Assembly: GCA_904063045.1 (NCBI GenBank)
Contig: CAJFCJ010000016.1
Location: 930,001-994,000 of the forward strand
Origin: Dimorphilus gyrociliatus
Lineage: Eukaryota; Animalia; Annelida
Direction: 5' to 3'
DNA length: 64,000 nt
The notes under the pieces were generated by a model that saw only the letters and a program-made list of their open reading frames with translations, did no database searches and was not told the origin of the DNA. The position numbers were made by a program, and so were the translations under genes. Positions 63,328 through 64,000 of this stretch are shown here, piece by piece (within the stretch, counting starts at the first letter, position 1; every line of letters begins with the position of its first letter).

Positions 63328-64000
63328 ATGGAATCTCTGGAATTACTTTCGTTAAACTTTTATAAATCTATACTAAAAACCAACGTTGGAAAATATATAT
63401 CATTTCAAGAGTTTTGTTCAAAGCTATACGATCTAAAGCTAACAACTCGAATCGAATTGAACGATTTGCACTCGCAATTCGACAATTACGGAGAATCAGC
63501 TTTTAATTACTTAATTCAAATTCTAACCGATTCTACAATAGACAACTTTTGCAACAATCTCAAGGAAAACGACAAGAAATCTATTAAAGAGTTTGCCAAC
63601 AAGTTGAAAACCAGTAAGATATTATGGAAGCTATTAATTGACGATGTAAAATGTCTAAGGAGAAAGGATTTATGCGAGATCCGCCCACTACTCTTCGAAG
63701 AGATTAAACCCATTCGACTATCGGATGTAACCGCAACTATAAAATTAATAACAACTAAGGATAAAAGCACACTTGAAAATTGTTGTGAATGGAATGGAAA
63801 CGGCGTCGATTATAGTAATTTCTACGGAATTTTTGATAAATTCAATAAAATCCTAATAGAAGGAGGAGAAGGGATTGGAAAGACTATTCACGTTCGACAT
63901 CTTATCTATTGTTGGGCGAACGATGTTTGGGAAAAGCATACAGATAAATTAATTATTCGTCTATCCTTACGCAATTTAACTAATCAACAAGATATCTTTG
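63328..64000 (+). CDS. NLR-type protein: N-terminal death-fold (CARD/DD)-like helical domain + NACHT NTPase (3'-truncated)
   Basis: Frame is open from ATG 63328 (after acceptor TTTGCAG 63324) to the window end: MESLELLSLNFYKSILKTN...; Walker A KILIEGGEGIGKT at 63847-63885 followed by HLIYCWANDVW..LIIRLSLRNL, typical of invertebrate NACHT. Absent from the ORF track, apparently because it has no stop within the window. Confidence 0.85.
   Translation, partial: MESLELLSLNFYKSILKTNVGKYISFQEFCSKLYDLKLTTRIELNDLHSQFDNYGESAFNYLIQILTDSTIDNFCNNLKENDKKSIKEFANKLKTSKILWKLLIDDVKCLRRKDLCEIRPLLFEEIKPIRLSDVTATIKLITTKDKSTLENCCEWNGNGVDYSNFYGIFDKFNKILIEGGEGIGKTIHVRHLIYCWANDVWEKHTDKLIIRLSLRNLTNQQDIF

Overview
AT-rich eukaryotic (invertebrate animal) genomic DNA with short introns (many 50-90 nt) and abundant (TA)n/(GA)n microsatellites. 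The style fits a compact lophotrochozoan genome (it recalls the annelid Dimorphilus; this is an unverified inference). Left half (1-33 kb): the 3' end of an SLC46-like MFS transporter, a 10-exon metabotropic glutamate receptor-like class C GPCR (5150-16821, with a probable alternative terminal exon at 18256-18401), and a complete PDE9-family phosphodiesterase (24785-32359) whose active-site exon is tandemly duplicated, a probable mutually exclusive pair. Right half (39-64 kb): a divergent accessory cluster with four 6-exon ZYG11/ZER1-like LRR genes in two head-to-head pairs, an intronless orphan class A GPCR, two identical inverted tRNA-Gln(CTG) genes plus a decayed copy, three PAN/apple genes, a Delta-like membrane protein with two C2+DSL-like modules, a multi-domain F-type lectin, and the 5' end of a death-fold+NACHT NLR missed by the ORF track. 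Non-coding DNA throughout carries about 20 perfect TATAC(A/T)GTATA palindromes that match the canonical Tc1/mariner excision footprint. All exon models were built by eye from GT(GC)-AG signals, phase compatibility and recalled family motifs; no database searches were run.
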